This document shows, in pieces, positions 37,913 to 47,441 of a DNA stretch of 64,000 nucleotides; the first letter of the stretch is position 1; the number at the start of each line of letters is the position of its first letter. The stretch spans positions 64,001 through 128,000 of the IMG/VR virus record IMGVR_UViG_3300037400_005963. One strand, given 5' to 3'. Origin of the DNA: a virus. Its lineage: Duplodnaviria > Caudoviricetes. A program made the position numbers and the translations under genes. The notes beneath the pieces are model-generated. The model saw only the letters and a program-made list of their open reading frames with translations. It did not search any database and had not been told where the DNA came from.

Positions 37913-38121
37913 TGATAACCCTTAAAGAGTGTTGTGCTATCTGTGAATTTTATAAGAATCATAGAGAAATAAGAAAGTGTCCCCTCGAGAAAGTATATTC
38001 AACTGCATCTGGGTGTGGGTGTGATGATGCGGAAGAGTTTGCAAAGTATAGGGTGACCTGTGATGCTTTTAAATTAAACAAATTATTTAATACCGATAAT
38101 AAGAATGGAAAATCTACTTAA
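37909..38121 (+). CDS. Small Cys-rich protein
   Basis: CCAIC...C...CGC...C. Confidence 0.55.
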   Translation: MMITLKECCAICEFYKNHREIRKCPLEKVYSTASGCGCDDAEEFAKYRVTCDAFKLNKLFNTDNKNGKST

Positions 38122-38251
38122 TGACCTAGTTTACATCTTATACTGGATAATTGGAATAGCTTTCATGCTAATTGTTATAGTAGGAGCATATAAATTAGTT
38201 AAAGCGATTATTAAAGATTTTAAAAATAAAAAAGATAATGACTCCGATTGA
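38105..38251 (+). CDS. 48-aa single-pass membrane protein (not in track)
   Basis: MENLLNDLVYILYWIIGIAFMLIVIVGAY... Confidence 0.5.
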   Translation: MENLLNDLVYILYWIIGIAFMLIVIVGAYKLVKAIIKDFKNKKDNDSD

Positions 38252-38329
38252 GAGTCATTTTTTTTATCCCATTATCCCCTTATAAGTGTAAGTAAAAAGT
38301 ATATTATAATAAACAAATTAAATAATAAT

Positions 38330-38779
38330 ATGAAAGCATTTTATCGATACCTAGAACAATTAGGTAGAATTAAGTTATTAATTGAATTATTTAAGTTAAA
38401 AAGTGTAACCTGTGAGTTGGATATATACAATACCAACAAAACAGCAGCTCTTAGGTTGAAGTGGCATGCACCTTGGCCGGATAAACTGAGAAGGCAGTCT
38501 GAATTGGCGGCCATTGAAGATATTCTAAGTTCAAAGGATGCAGAAGAATTCGATGACACCTTAACGGAACACGAGCTCTTATTCCTAAATGCATGGAAAC
38601 ATGAGACTGTTTGGGTTAATTATAAGATGAGATTTGAAAAACCTGAGGATTACACAGTTTATCTGAAGGATCTATCTCAGGAGGAATGGATTGCACTTAG
38701 AGACTCAATAAAGGAGTACTTAGTTAAGGAGGATGACGAAGTTCTTAAACATTATATTTCCTTAACATCTACAAAATAA
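38330..38779 (+). CDS. Hypothetical protein
   Basis: Promoter 38278, terminator about 38780-38809. Confidence 0.65.
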   Translation: MKAFYRYLEQLGRIKLLIELFKLKSVTCELDIYNTNKTAALRLKWHAPWPDKLRRQSELAAIEDILSSKDAEEFDDTLTEHELLFLNAWKHETVWVNYKMRFEKPEDYTVYLKDLSQEEWIALRDSIKEYLVKEDDEVLKHYISLTSTK

Positions 38780-38873
38780 AAAAGAGACCGATTAAAGGTC
38801 TCTTTTTTTCCTTCCTTCTTTAACGTCGGAGGAATAAAAATAAAATAGGGGACCATATTGATCCCCTGTTTTT

Positions 38874-39230
38874 TTAATCGATCAAGATTTCAATTTCCTT
38901 TCCATCTGATCCCTTAGGCAACTCTACTTCGAGTATACCGTTTTCTAATTTGGCTTTAATGTCTTTTCTTTTTATTCCCCTGGGAAGGCGGTATTTATTA
39001 TTGATTCCCGCATTAAACTTTCCTTCGGTTTCCTTCTTTCCTTTGATGATGAGGAAATCACCTTCTACTCTAGTATCAAGTTCGTCTTTCTTATATCCCC
39101 AAGCCGATACACGGAGAAGATATTTATCGTTGTCTTCCTCTACTCTGTAACTTGATGCCGGAAGACCAAACATCTGATCAAACATATCATTAAAAGTACC
39201 CATAATATTATTAAATTTTATAAGATTCAT
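38874..39230 (-). CDS. Small heat-shock protein (Hsp20/alpha-crystallin)
   Basis: YRLP...IKAKLENGILEVELPK; start may be the Met at 39203. Confidence 0.9.
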   Translation of the reverse strand: MNLIKFNNIMGTFNDMFDQMFGLPASSYRVEEDNDKYLLRVSAWGYKKDELDTRVEGDFLIIKGKKETEGKFNAGINNKYRLPRGIKRKDIKAKLENGILEVELPKGSDGKEIEILID

Positions 39231-39248
39231 TTTTCTATTATATAGGTT

Positions 39249-39351
39249 TACAATAATTATGCCAATCCCGAGAAATTCTTATATATGACAAAATTTCAGA
39301 TATAAAATGTCAAAGTGGCAGAGAAATTTTAAAATAACTGACATAATGACT
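39249..39351 (-). promoter_or_regulatory. Sigma54-like promoter plus TGNCA-N3-TGNCA-type repeats upstream of hsp20
   Basis: TTGGCATAATTATTGTA (GG-N10-GT) on minus strand at 39265-39249; repeats at 39286, 39308 and 39339. Confidence 0.45.
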
Positions 39352-39371
39352 GATAACAAATTAATAAAAAC

Positions 39372-40469
39372 ATGTTAAACTTTTTTGAACTACAAGACAT
39401 CGTACTTCTTCCTTCAGTGGTAAATCAAGGTCACCCCGGAGGAAAAGTAAATTTTGAGGTAAAAGACTTAGGAGATTTGACAGGAATACCTAATTCATTG
39501 CCCATCTTCGCAAGTCCAATGGAGGCCATTATTAATAGTGGAAATGTTAAAACTTTCATAAATAATGGAATAAAACCTGTTCTCCCCGGCACTGAATCAT
39601 TAGATATACGACTTCAATATTGTTCTTGGATATACTGTGCATTTTCCTTGAATGAAGTTGAAGATTGTTTTTTGAAGAATAAGAGAAGGGGTGATAGACA
39701 ATTTCATATTTGTATAGATGCAGGTAACGGACATGATGTTGGAGTATTAAATATGGGTCTTGAGCTACGAAAAATGTATGCCGATCAAGTATGCTTAATG
39801 GGAGGAAATGTTGGAATTCCCGAAGTATATAAGGACTACTCAAATGCTGGATTTGATTACATGAGAGTAGGAATATCAAGTAGTTCTGTAGTTGATAAAG
39901 AAAAGTACGGGTTTCACTATCCTATGGCATCTCTTTTGGATGATATTAAAACTTATCGTTTTTCAGGTGCCGGCAAAGGACTAAGACCTGTGAAAGTAAT
40001 AGCAGATGGAGGAATAAATTCATTCTCTTCTATCGTAAAAGCAATTGCATGTGGAGCAGATTATGTAATGCTAGGAAGAGAGTTTGCTAGAACCATTGAA
40101 GCCGCCGGTGGAATATTTAAAAAACAGAAAACGAAAGACGGCGGGAAAGAATTTGTTCAAATCAACCCCGGTTCCATACAAGGATGGGAGGGTGGTAGAG
40201 CAAAAGCCGAAGGTCTTCAGAGGTGGTACTATGGAAATACTACAAATGAGATACGAACAAAAAGAAAAACGCAGGAAGATCAAGAGGCCTATGAAAATGG
40301 TTTTGCTGGATATGTAGTAAATGATTCAACTAGGGATTGGATTTACATAGATTATTCCTTAGATGAATGGGTTGACGATTTTAAAGAATGTGCTTACTAT
40401 GCATTTATGATGACTAACTCTTTAACCTGGGAAGAGTTTAAGAAAAATGCAAAATACGGAACTCACTGA
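39372..40469 (+). CDS. IMPDH/GMP-reductase family TIM-barrel protein lacking the catalytic Cys
   Basis: DIVLLP, IDAGNGH, MGGNV, VIADGGI, KAIACGADYVMLG; loop reads VGISSSSVVDK. Confidence 0.85.
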   Translation: MLNFFELQDIVLLPSVVNQGHPGGKVNFEVKDLGDLTGIPNSLPIFASPMEAIINSGNVKTFINNGIKPVLPGTESLDIRLQYCSWIYCAFSLNEVEDCFLKNKRRGDRQFHICIDAGNGHDVGVLNMGLELRKMYADQVCLMGGNVGIPEVYKDYSNAGFDYMRVGISSSSVVDKEKYGFHYPMASLLDDIKTYRFSGAGKGLRPVKVIADGGINSFSSIVKAIACGADYVMLGREFARTIEAAGGIFKKQKTKDGGKEFVQINPGSIQGWEGGRAKAEGLQRWYYGNTTNEIRTKRKTQEDQEAYENGFAGYVVNDSTRDWIYIDYSLDEWVDDFKECAYYAFMMTNSLTWEEFKKNAKYGTH

Positions 40470-40494
40470 TATCGCGTCAAACCCTTATATGTGT

Positions 40495-40722
40495 ATGAAA
40501 AAGAAAACAAAAAAATTGAATTGGAAAAACGTTTTAATAGGAGCACTAGGTATAACAACTGGAGTTCTCCTAATAAAAAACAGAAATTTAGAGAAAACAG
40601 TTAGTGGACTCACTGCCGTAAACGAGAATAACAAGGATCTTATCAGGGGCCAAGAAAGGGCTATCCGGGGATTAAGTTATGGGCTCGGAAAAGAAGTGGG
40701 TTCAAAATATTATAAACATTAA
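40495..40722 (+). CDS. Single-pass membrane/coiled-coil protein (start moved; near-leaderless)
   Basis: Promoter 40483-40493 lies inside the track ORF's 5' end. Confidence 0.6.
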   Translation: MKKKTKKLNWKNVLIGALGITTGVLLIKNRNLEKTVSGLTAVNENNKDLIRGQERAIRGLSYGLGKEVGSKYYKH

Positions 40723-40733
40723 AAATAAAAATC

Positions 40734-41690
40734 ATGGAGGAGAACAAAAACAACATGAAAAACGAGGGAAAGAAAAATTCTAAACCTCGTAAGCCCAATA
40801 ATGATCTTGGAATCATGAGGGTATTGTGGGCCATATTTAATATGATGGCTCGAAAAAGAGATCGGTTTCACCTGTTGAAACCAGAGGAGTTGGATACAAT
40901 TTCTAACTCACTAGATCTTTGTGAATGTCAACGACTTCGTAAATCAATTGTTGAAGATCACTATTTTAAGAAACTGAAAAAATTGGACATACCTGTTCCA
41001 AAACTAATTCTTGAACCCATTCAGGGGTCTCGAAGAACCAAATTGGGCATTGAGGATGATCCAGTAAAAATTTTGAAGGAGATACATAAATATGTTTCGG
41101 TTAAATATCCTAATGAAAATTGGGTACTCCCCGAAGACATCGTTATCTTCGACAAAAAAGAAGAAGAAAAGGTAGAGGAAAATAAGCCAACTGTAAAGGA
41201 GGCCAATATTACTGCCAAACGACCTTTCGGTCGAAAACAATTTGCGATAGCCGCACTTCTTAGTGAATTGGGACCAAAGTCGCAAAAAGAAATCGGTGAG
41301 TTTTTATTCTATAGTGTTAACTTTTGTTTTAATAGGTTATCACCAGAAGACTTAAATTACCGAGAGTTCAAGGTTCTTTCCGATGGAAGGATTAAATTTG
41401 TGGGAGAGTTAGAGAATCTTCCCTACAATCCTAAAAACATCATTGAAGAACCGTGGTGGATTTCAGATCCAGCTAAAATAAAAGTATTTGAGAAATATTT
41501 CCGTGTTCAACGTGAGAGGGTTGAAAATATTATTATCATCCATCGTGATGATAGTATTAGAACTCGACGAATTCTTGCAAAAATAATTGATTCTTCCGAT
41601 TATCCAATCGGAAAGCCAAATCTGGCTAATGAATTGAAGGCTGGACTAGTCGACTGTATCTTAATTGATGCAGAAGAGCTTCTAAAATAA
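40734..41690 (+). CDS. Hypothetical protein
   Basis: ORF track; terminator about 41710-41740. Confidence 0.7.
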   Translation: MEENKNNMKNEGKKNSKPRKPNNDLGIMRVLWAIFNMMARKRDRFHLLKPEELDTISNSLDLCECQRLRKSIVEDHYFKKLKKLDIPVPKLILEPIQGSRRTKLGIEDDPVKILKEIHKYVSVKYPNENWVLPEDIVIFDKKEEEKVEENKPTVKEANITAKRPFGRKQFAIAALLSELGPKSQKEIGEFLFYSVNFCFNRLSPEDLNYREFKVLSDGRIKFVGELENLPYNPKNIIEEPWWISDPAKIKVFEKYFRVQRERVENIIIIHRDDSIRTRRILAKIIDSSDYPIGKPNLANELKAGLVDCILIDAEELLK

Positions 41691-41823
41691 TAGGATTTTC
41701 AAATACTAGAAAGAAAGGGGACAATTCCCTTTTCTTTTTGGCCCGGAATTTAAAACGCCTTTATTTCCTTATATATGTGATAGTTAAAAAAAATATTAAC
41801 AAACAAATTTTTAAACAAACACT

Positions 41824-42021
41824 ATGGAGAATCCAGAAGTTAAGCAACAGAGTTGTTGCAAGAAAAAATCATGGCGTAGTAATGCCATAGAAAAAGTTGT
41901 TATTTTTGGGTTTGGCTGTCTCACTACATACTGCTGCCTTAACCCAAACAAAGTAAAAAATCAACTTGACAAAGTGAAGGGCTACTTCCAAAAGGGCCAG
42001 AAAGGAGGAGAGAACGCATGA
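41824..42021 (+). CDS. Small single-pass membrane protein
   Basis: After promoter 41767; DK.KGYF shared with 42018. Confidence 0.6.
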   Translation: MENPEVKQQSCCKKKSWRSNAIEKVVIFGFGCLTTYCCLNPNKVKNQLDKVKGYFQKGQKGGENA

Positions 42022-42224
42022 AGAATAGAGACGCAGCAAGGTGGATCGTAACGGGTTGCGCCGTTCTTGCCACAGGAAAATATCTTGGAATCGGCGAGAA
42101 GATTTGCAGAACCTCAAAAGGTGCTTTTGATAAATTAAAGGGTTACTTTAAAAAAGCAGAAGATACCGCAGAAGAGGTTATTGAAGAGGTCAAGGAAGAA
42201 ATAACAACTTCTGATAAGGATTGA
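42018..42224 (+). CDS. Small single-pass membrane protein
   Basis: ATGA overlap; DKLKGYF. Confidence 0.6.
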   Translation: MKNRDAARWIVTGCAVLATGKYLGIGEKICRTSKGAFDKLKGYFKKAEDTAEEVIEEVKEEITTSDKD

Positions 42225-42311
42225 TCAACAATCCCCAGTTCTCCCCACGTTGAGAGGAACTTTACATTAGTTCCTCTTTTTTTTATTTTCCCGATATTTC
42301 CTTATACTTGT

Positions 42312-42473
42312 ATGACGCGACAAAAAATTAAGAAATTATTTACTGCATCAGCAGTGAGTTTAAGTAAATTGTCATGGGACCTATCTAAGGTCTTATTAGT
42401 AACCGGATCAGCAGCAATTTTTATAGCAATGATAGCTGATTCTATAAAAATAAAAGAAGATGGAGAACTCTAA
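42312..42473 (+). CDS. 53-aa membrane peptide (not in track, near-leaderless)
   Basis: CCTTAT-ACTT-GT-ATG; VLLVTGSAAIFIAMIA. Confidence 0.5.
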   Translation: MTRQKIKKLFTASAVSLSKLSWDLSKVLLVTGSAAIFIAMIADSIKIKEDGEL

Positions 42474-42618
42474 TGTTTTTAGAAAGGTTATGGGTTCAGG
42501 ACTAGGCTCTGCAATTAATGCGGTAGCTATACTCGGGTTAGTAACTCATCTAGTGAGTTATATATATGACCTAACTAATTTAAAGAAATCACCTTCTCCT
42601 CCTAGGAGGGAAGACTAA
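42460..42618 (+). CDS. 52-aa membrane peptide (not in track)
   Basis: MENSNVFRKVMGSGLGSAINAVAILGLV... Confidence 0.5.
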   Translation: MENSNVFRKVMGSGLGSAINAVAILGLVTHLVSYIYDLTNLKKSPSPPRRED

Positions 42619-42652
42619 TTAACATAATTATTAATTCTTTAAATACGGGAGA

Positions 42653-43717
42653 ATGAAACAGAGTGTTTTAATTTGGACCGGAGCAGCGATAACCGCGACA
42701 GGTCTAATTGGCATCGGTTACAAACTTCTTAAAAAAGACAAGAAAAAGAAGTTTTTTACCGAAAAAACTGACACAAATGAGGGCGGACAAGATCAGCCCG
42801 GAGTAAAAACAACCAAAAAGAAAATTGCACGACCTGAATTCGAAAAGAAAGAATTGGTTGATAAGCGCAATTTTATTAACAAATTGTTTGATGAGTTGAT
42901 TGAGAATGGATCAATGGATCCAGAAGATCTTAATCAACCGAATGAAAGAGTTCCATCTATTATATTCCGTCAGGTTTATGATTGGGAACAGAAACGTGAT
43001 AAGCTCGATATTTTGTTTGAAATTCCAAAGGGAAGTTATCTTAAAGGTATTCGAGTATTTGTAGAAGAGTCTGGCGAAGAGAAGGAATATCCACTGCCCG
43101 GAAAAAACATGAATGCGGGACAGTTCATAAAATTCCTATCGAGAGAGTATCTGACCAATCTGGTTAAAGATACGTTGCCACTCTATAAGGATAAAGTATT
43201 TGTTAGGCTTGATGGTTATTACTACGTATCCTACACAAAGGTAGATCCAGAGAACGGAGAAGAAGATTATGGATATAAAATAATTCCGGTTAATATGAGG
43301 AGATTAAAAGGATCCTCAGATACAGACTCACGTTCACTAAGTAACCATCTATTTAAGGTATTTGATGCCATTGTCAATGAAAAACGGGAATTCATCGAAG
43401 ATCAGTTTCTAGTAAGTAAGAAAAATGATCAATTTCGTGATAAGGATATTGATGATGTACTATTTGCAGTTCGTTTATCACTGTTCATAGCAGATGACGA
43501 ACATCCGTTTGGAATAACTCCAACTGGAGCAAGTAATCTAATTGATGAACTTCTCCAAATAGTTATACCAGGACGAAATACCTTTAGCTATGAAAATATG
43601 ATCTTCTTTGATCCAGATTATGAGGAAAAAGAAGAGTTAATGATCTATGCACGTAAAGAACAAGGTAACCTGTCAAAATTGGTACCTTACCCTTACAATG
43701 TAGACGATGAAGATTAA
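42653..43717 (+). CDS. N-terminally anchored hypothetical protein
   Basis: TM helix followed by a poly-Lys run. Confidence 0.7.
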   Translation: MKQSVLIWTGAAITATGLIGIGYKLLKKDKKKKFFTEKTDTNEGGQDQPGVKTTKKKIARPEFEKKELVDKRNFINKLFDELIENGSMDPEDLNQPNERVPSIIFRQVYDWEQKRDKLDILFEIPKGSYLKGIRVFVEESGEEKEYPLPGKNMNAGQFIKFLSREYLTNLVKDTLPLYKDKVFVRLDGYYYVSYTKVDPENGEEDYGYKIIPVNMRRLKGSSDTDSRSLSNHLFKVFDAIVNEKREFIEDQFLVSKKNDQFRDKDIDDVLFAVRLSLFIADDEHPFGITPTGASNLIDELLQIVIPGRNTFSYENMIFFDPDYEEKEELMIYARKEQGNLSKLVPYPYNVDDED

Positions 43718-43725
43718 AAGTTTAT

Positions 43726-43764
43726 AAAAAAGAGAGAATAGCTTTAGACTATTCTCTTTTTTTT
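43726..43764. terminator. Bidirectional intrinsic terminator
   Basis: A-run/GAGAATAG...CTATTCTC/T-run between convergent genes. Confidence 0.75.
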
Positions 43765-43961
43765 CAACACTTTATTCGAAGAACTTTTTTGCCCAGTTTC
43801 CCTTTATATACTATGATATCGAATTGTTCCATATCTTTCATTAAGAAGCCAACAGAACTTAATTTTATATCGTCTAGAGTGATTTCTTTTTCTGGTTTAT
43901 TTTTTCTACATTCCAGATCATCATCATTCACAATTAAAGCTTTTAAACTTCTTCTTTCCAT
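43764..43961 (-). CDS. Hypothetical protein
   Basis: ORF track. Confidence 0.55.
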   Translation of the reverse strand: MERRSLKALIVNDDDLECRKNKPEKEITLDDIKLSSVGFLMKDMEQFDIIVYKGKLGKKVLRIKC

Positions 43962-43972
43962 CTCAATATAGT

Positions 43973-44605
43973 TTATAATTCTATTGTTTTCCCCGAATCT
44001 AGATCAATTCCCCTAGCACCGGGTCTCTCAAGCAAACTTTTTTCGATATGAGGGCGAAGAAATGTAAAAGAGTCTTGCGGATATTTCCCAATCATTCCTT
44101 GAATCATGAAACTCTTCATCTGATAGGAGAGATAATAAAGGGGATCGTTTTTTACTCGATGTCTAATATTATCCCAAAGTTTTCCTATAATTTTCCCAAG
44201 AGTTTTTGTTTCCGGTAGATATTTGAAGTTCTTTGCTTCTTCCTCTATTATCATTAAAATTTTTCTAATGATAGTTATTACTGTATCTGCCCCACTAAGT
44301 CTTCTTCTCGTCAATCTTTTATATTCACTGATTATTAGTGGTTTGTATAAGTATAGAATTTTACAAAGTACTTCAGTCTCTTTTATGGTTCTTCCTGTAT
44401 ATACTTTTTTAAACGTTGAATCTATGTTTGCTAAATATGTTTTAACTATTCCCTTATATCTATCTTCTTCTTTCATGAGACGTTCTAACTCCACTACTAA
44501 AAAATCAACTATATTCAATAAACCTAATGCATAAAGATCGATTGATATAGTTATGTTTGGATCGACACGTCTCATGAGTTCTTCTACTTTTACTGTCGTC
44601 TTCAT
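43973..44605 (-). CDS. Hypothetical helical protein
   Basis: ORF track. Confidence 0.65.
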   Translation of the reverse strand: MKTTVKVEELMRRVDPNITISIDLYALGLLNIVDFLVVELERLMKEEDRYKGIVKTYLANIDSTFKKVYTGRTIKETEVLCKILYLYKPLIISEYKRLTRRRLSGADTVITIIRKILMIIEEEAKNFKYLPETKTLGKIIGKLWDNIRHRVKNDPLYYLSYQMKSFMIQGMIGKYPQDSFTFLRPHIEKSLLERPGARGIDLDSGKTIEL

Positions 44606-44683
44606 AACTATATTATTTTTTATAAATTATACTTCTCTTATAAGAGCTTTAGAAGCTAATTCCCCCTATTTCCTTATTTATGT

Positions 44684-45190
44684 ATGTTAGATAATAATTC
44701 AATGATAGAATTGGCCCTTTGTTGGGTAAAGAAAACTAAACTGTATAAGGAACTACTAGAAATAAATACTAAGATTCACGATATTATTGTGGAGCTTGGT
44801 ACGAAAGATCTACCTAAAGATTTCAATAGTGATCTCGAACTCTATACTCAACGAAGCATCGATCCCTATTATACCAGGGCACATACTTGTTGGGATTTAC
44901 GAAATAAATTAGATGGATTTAGTATTGATTTTACGGACATTGATTATCCTATTCCAGTTGTAGTTACGCAAGGAGACAGAAATTGGTGTCATAATGAGAA
45001 ATATTACTATAGAGTTGGAAAAAGAAAGTTAGCACCGCTATTGAGGAGATATGAAGATATTATGATAGATATTGAGAAAAATTATAATATATTTCGAGAA
45101 GCTTTAGAATTGTATTCTGGGGAATTAACCTATTCAGATGTAAAACAAGCATTGAACCTAAAAAAATTAGATGAAGATGATACTGACTAA
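44684..45190 (+). CDS. Hypothetical protein (near-leaderless)
   Basis: CCTTAT-TTAT-GT-ATG. Confidence 0.65.
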   Translation: MLDNNSMIELALCWVKKTKLYKELLEINTKIHDIIVELGTKDLPKDFNSDLELYTQRSIDPYYTRAHTCWDLRNKLDGFSIDFTDIDYPIPVVVTQGDRNWCHNEKYYYRVGKRKLAPLLRRYEDIMIDIEKNYNIFREALELYSGELTYSDVKQALNLKKLDEDDTD

Positions 45191-45926
45191 TTGTGATAGA
45201 TCACTTCTTGCAAGAAAATTTCTTGAGCAGGTTGAATTTGGTAAAAAGTGTTCCGAGTTAAGTAATCTTAGGAATAGTATAAAAAATTTAGCAGAGAAGC
45301 TTTTAATACGAAATCTTTACTCTGAAGATGAGGTTAAATATATAGAAAATAATTCTCAGTTTATTTCAAGCTTTGATGTTACCATTGATTTAGTAACGCT
45401 TCGTATATCAAAGAACGAAATTAGCTTTCCCAGTCCAGAATTTACCGGCGGAAAAGATCCGTATTTGCCTTATTCCGATAAACGATTTTCTGAATCTATT
45501 AGGGTTGGGATTCCTAAATTAGAGCGACTGGAGGAATCAATAAGAAAAGGAAATAAAAGCGCTTTTGATTTCCCAATGACGCGGGAAGATAAATTTATTT
45601 TCAGAGAAATTCAGAACTTATTTATAAAGTTTCTTAACATTGCTTGGGAGATTAGAGACATAAGAAGTAGTTATTTTCAAGGTTGGACAGGCTATCAATA
45701 TAATTTTAGTGAATCGTTTAGCTATACTGAAGGAAGTTTATACTCAGATTCATTTCTTAAACCGAATGGAGTAAATACAACAGATCAATTAAAAAATAGA
45801 TTCCCCGAACTCTATGTTGAACTTATAAAAAGTAAATCCGAGGAACAAGAACTTCCTAATCCTGGCGAGAATAAGGAAAAAATATTAAATCGACTCAAGA
45901 AACTAACAATGTTCCTAGATAGATAA
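45171..45926 (+). CDS. Hypothetical protein
   Basis: ORF track. Confidence 0.65.
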   Translation: MKMILTNCDRSLLARKFLEQVEFGKKCSELSNLRNSIKNLAEKLLIRNLYSEDEVKYIENNSQFISSFDVTIDLVTLRISKNEISFPSPEFTGGKDPYLPYSDKRFSESIRVGIPKLERLEESIRKGNKSAFDFPMTREDKFIFREIQNLFIKFLNIAWEIRDIRSSYFQGWTGYQYNFSESFSYTEGSLYSDSFLKPNGVNTTDQLKNRFPELYVELIKSKSEEQELPNPGENKEKILNRLKKLTMFLDR

Positions 45927-45973
45927 AATAAAAGTAGAGAGATATTTAAATTATATCTCCCTACTCTATTTTT

Positions 45974-46627
45974 TTATAATCTGTAACCACAAGTACACTG
46001 ACTTCCCTTAGATATTCCATAATTTTGTGTAGTGCCTAATTGATAGTCATTAATATCATATTCCTCGTCTTGTGGATAAATGCCACTACTCCAGGCTTCC
46101 CAATCCTTATAGGTTTCTCCAGTTGAACCACAGCAACAAGCGCAGCCCTGTGATACCGGTTCTACCAGTAAGCCTGCATACATAAGTTTAAGTCTAGTAA
46201 CTAAGCAGCTCATTACATTTGTCCAAGAGAATATAAATCTATCCCTTGAATATATTATGTAATCGCCCTCTTCCTCATTAGACTCTTCTTCCTCTGTATC
46301 ATCCTGGTCGTCTAAAGTTTCCTCTTCTGTAGGAATTTCTTCATCATATACTCCTACTTCTGTGGCTAGTGTGTCGGCTTGAAGTGCAACAATAAGATCT
46401 GCTCCGTAATCAAATAGTTCAAAGATGGTATTCAGCTTTTCAAGAATATCTGCATCATCGCCAAGTAGAACTAATTTTTTATCAACGAATTCTAATATTT
46501 TTGTTATATAAGGAGCTAGTTCAGGTCTTACGTGATAATCTACTGCACCTAAGCCAAGTCGTTTCATTAAATCAGATAGAGCTACTTTATACTGTAGATA
46601 TCCTTCATCTGCATTCCATTTTATCAT
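45974..46627 (-). CDS. Acidic protein with Cys clusters
   Basis: Poly-D/E tract; CACCC; CTC. Confidence 0.6.
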   Translation of the reverse strand: MIKWNADEGYLQYKVALSDLMKRLGLGAVDYHVRPELAPYITKILEFVDKKLVLLGDDADILEKLNTIFELFDYGADLIVALQADTLATEVGVYDEEIPTEEETLDDQDDTEEEESNEEEGDYIIYSRDRFIFSWTNVMSCLVTRLKLMYAGLLVEPVSQGCACCCGSTGETYKDWEAWSSGIYPQDEEYDINDYQLGTTQNYGISKGSQCTCGYRL

Positions 46628-46630
46628 AAT

Positions 46631-46993
46631 TTACCACTCTCCTCCGTCTATTATTGTAGCTTGATCTCCTGCTTTCCATTTCCAGGTTTTATTCCAGTCA
46701 TTTGGATCAGTGGAAGTAAATATATACTCTTCCCAACCATTTTCTCCTAAGAATCTAAGTTTAACGCCCGGATACCTTCTTTCTCCCGGTACTTTAGGTA
46801 AAACAGATTCTAATGTATATCTCTTAGTAAAATTATTTTCTTCAACGTTTGGATTAATATACTCTCGAAGAAAATCGTTAACTACTCTAGAGTTTGAATT
46901 TACCGCAGTATTTATATTATTCATATCCTGACTGCTAAGATTTTGACCTGGTGAGAAAGAATTTATTCCCGTGCCATTTGTTATGTGTCTCAT
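46631..46993 (-). CDS. Probable virion/tail-associated protein
   Basis: RRYPGVKLRF...WEEYIF...W module and IDGGEW end resemble phage fibre-associated proteins (recalled, not searched). Confidence 0.45.
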   Translation of the reverse strand: MRHITNGTGINSFSPGQNLSSQDMNNINTAVNSNSRVVNDFLREYINPNVEENNFTKRYTLESVLPKVPGERRYPGVKLRFLGENGWEEYIFTSTDPNDWNKTWKWKAGDQATIIDGGEW

Positions 46994-46996
46994 ATA

Positions 46997-47164
46997 TTAA
47001 ATTAGTACAATAGAATCTAATCGACAATTATCTAATTTACCTCGTTCTGCGGAATACTTTGGCATCTTAGATTTGAACCATTCTAGTGAAATTTCACGTC
47101 TAGGTCCTTTTGCCTGACGAGCGAGGGTGGTCATATTTTCAATTTTCCTTACAACCCTAGCCAT
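46997..47164 (-). CDS. 55-aa basic protein (not in track)
   Basis: MARVVRKIENMTTLARQAKG... Confidence 0.45.
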   Translation of the reverse strand: MARVVRKIENMTTLARQAKGPRREISLEWFKSKMPKYSAERGKLDNCRLDSIVLI

Positions 47165-47441
47165 CGCTTTCTCTAACTTTTAATATATATAAATCGGCTA
47201 AGATAAATGAATCTTTTGGACAATCATCTAGATAAACTACTGCGAAACATTTTCCATCAACAGATATACGAAACTTGACATCAACTACAGTATATACTCG
47301 ATTCGATATTCCTTTCCAGTTAGTTCTTCCAGTTATCCTTCTTATTTTAACTTTAGCGCCAATCAATTGATGATAATCTATTACACCACTCGTTTCATCC
47401 CAATCAATTAAGCGCTCATCATCTTTACAAAAACCCTTCAT
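47157..47441 (-). CDS. Hypothetical protein
   Basis: ORF track. Confidence 0.6.
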   Translation of the reverse strand: MKGFCKDDERLIDWDETSGVIDYHQLIGAKVKIRRITGRTNWKGISNRVYTVVDVKFRISVDGKCFAVVYLDDCPKDSFILADLYILKVRESDG

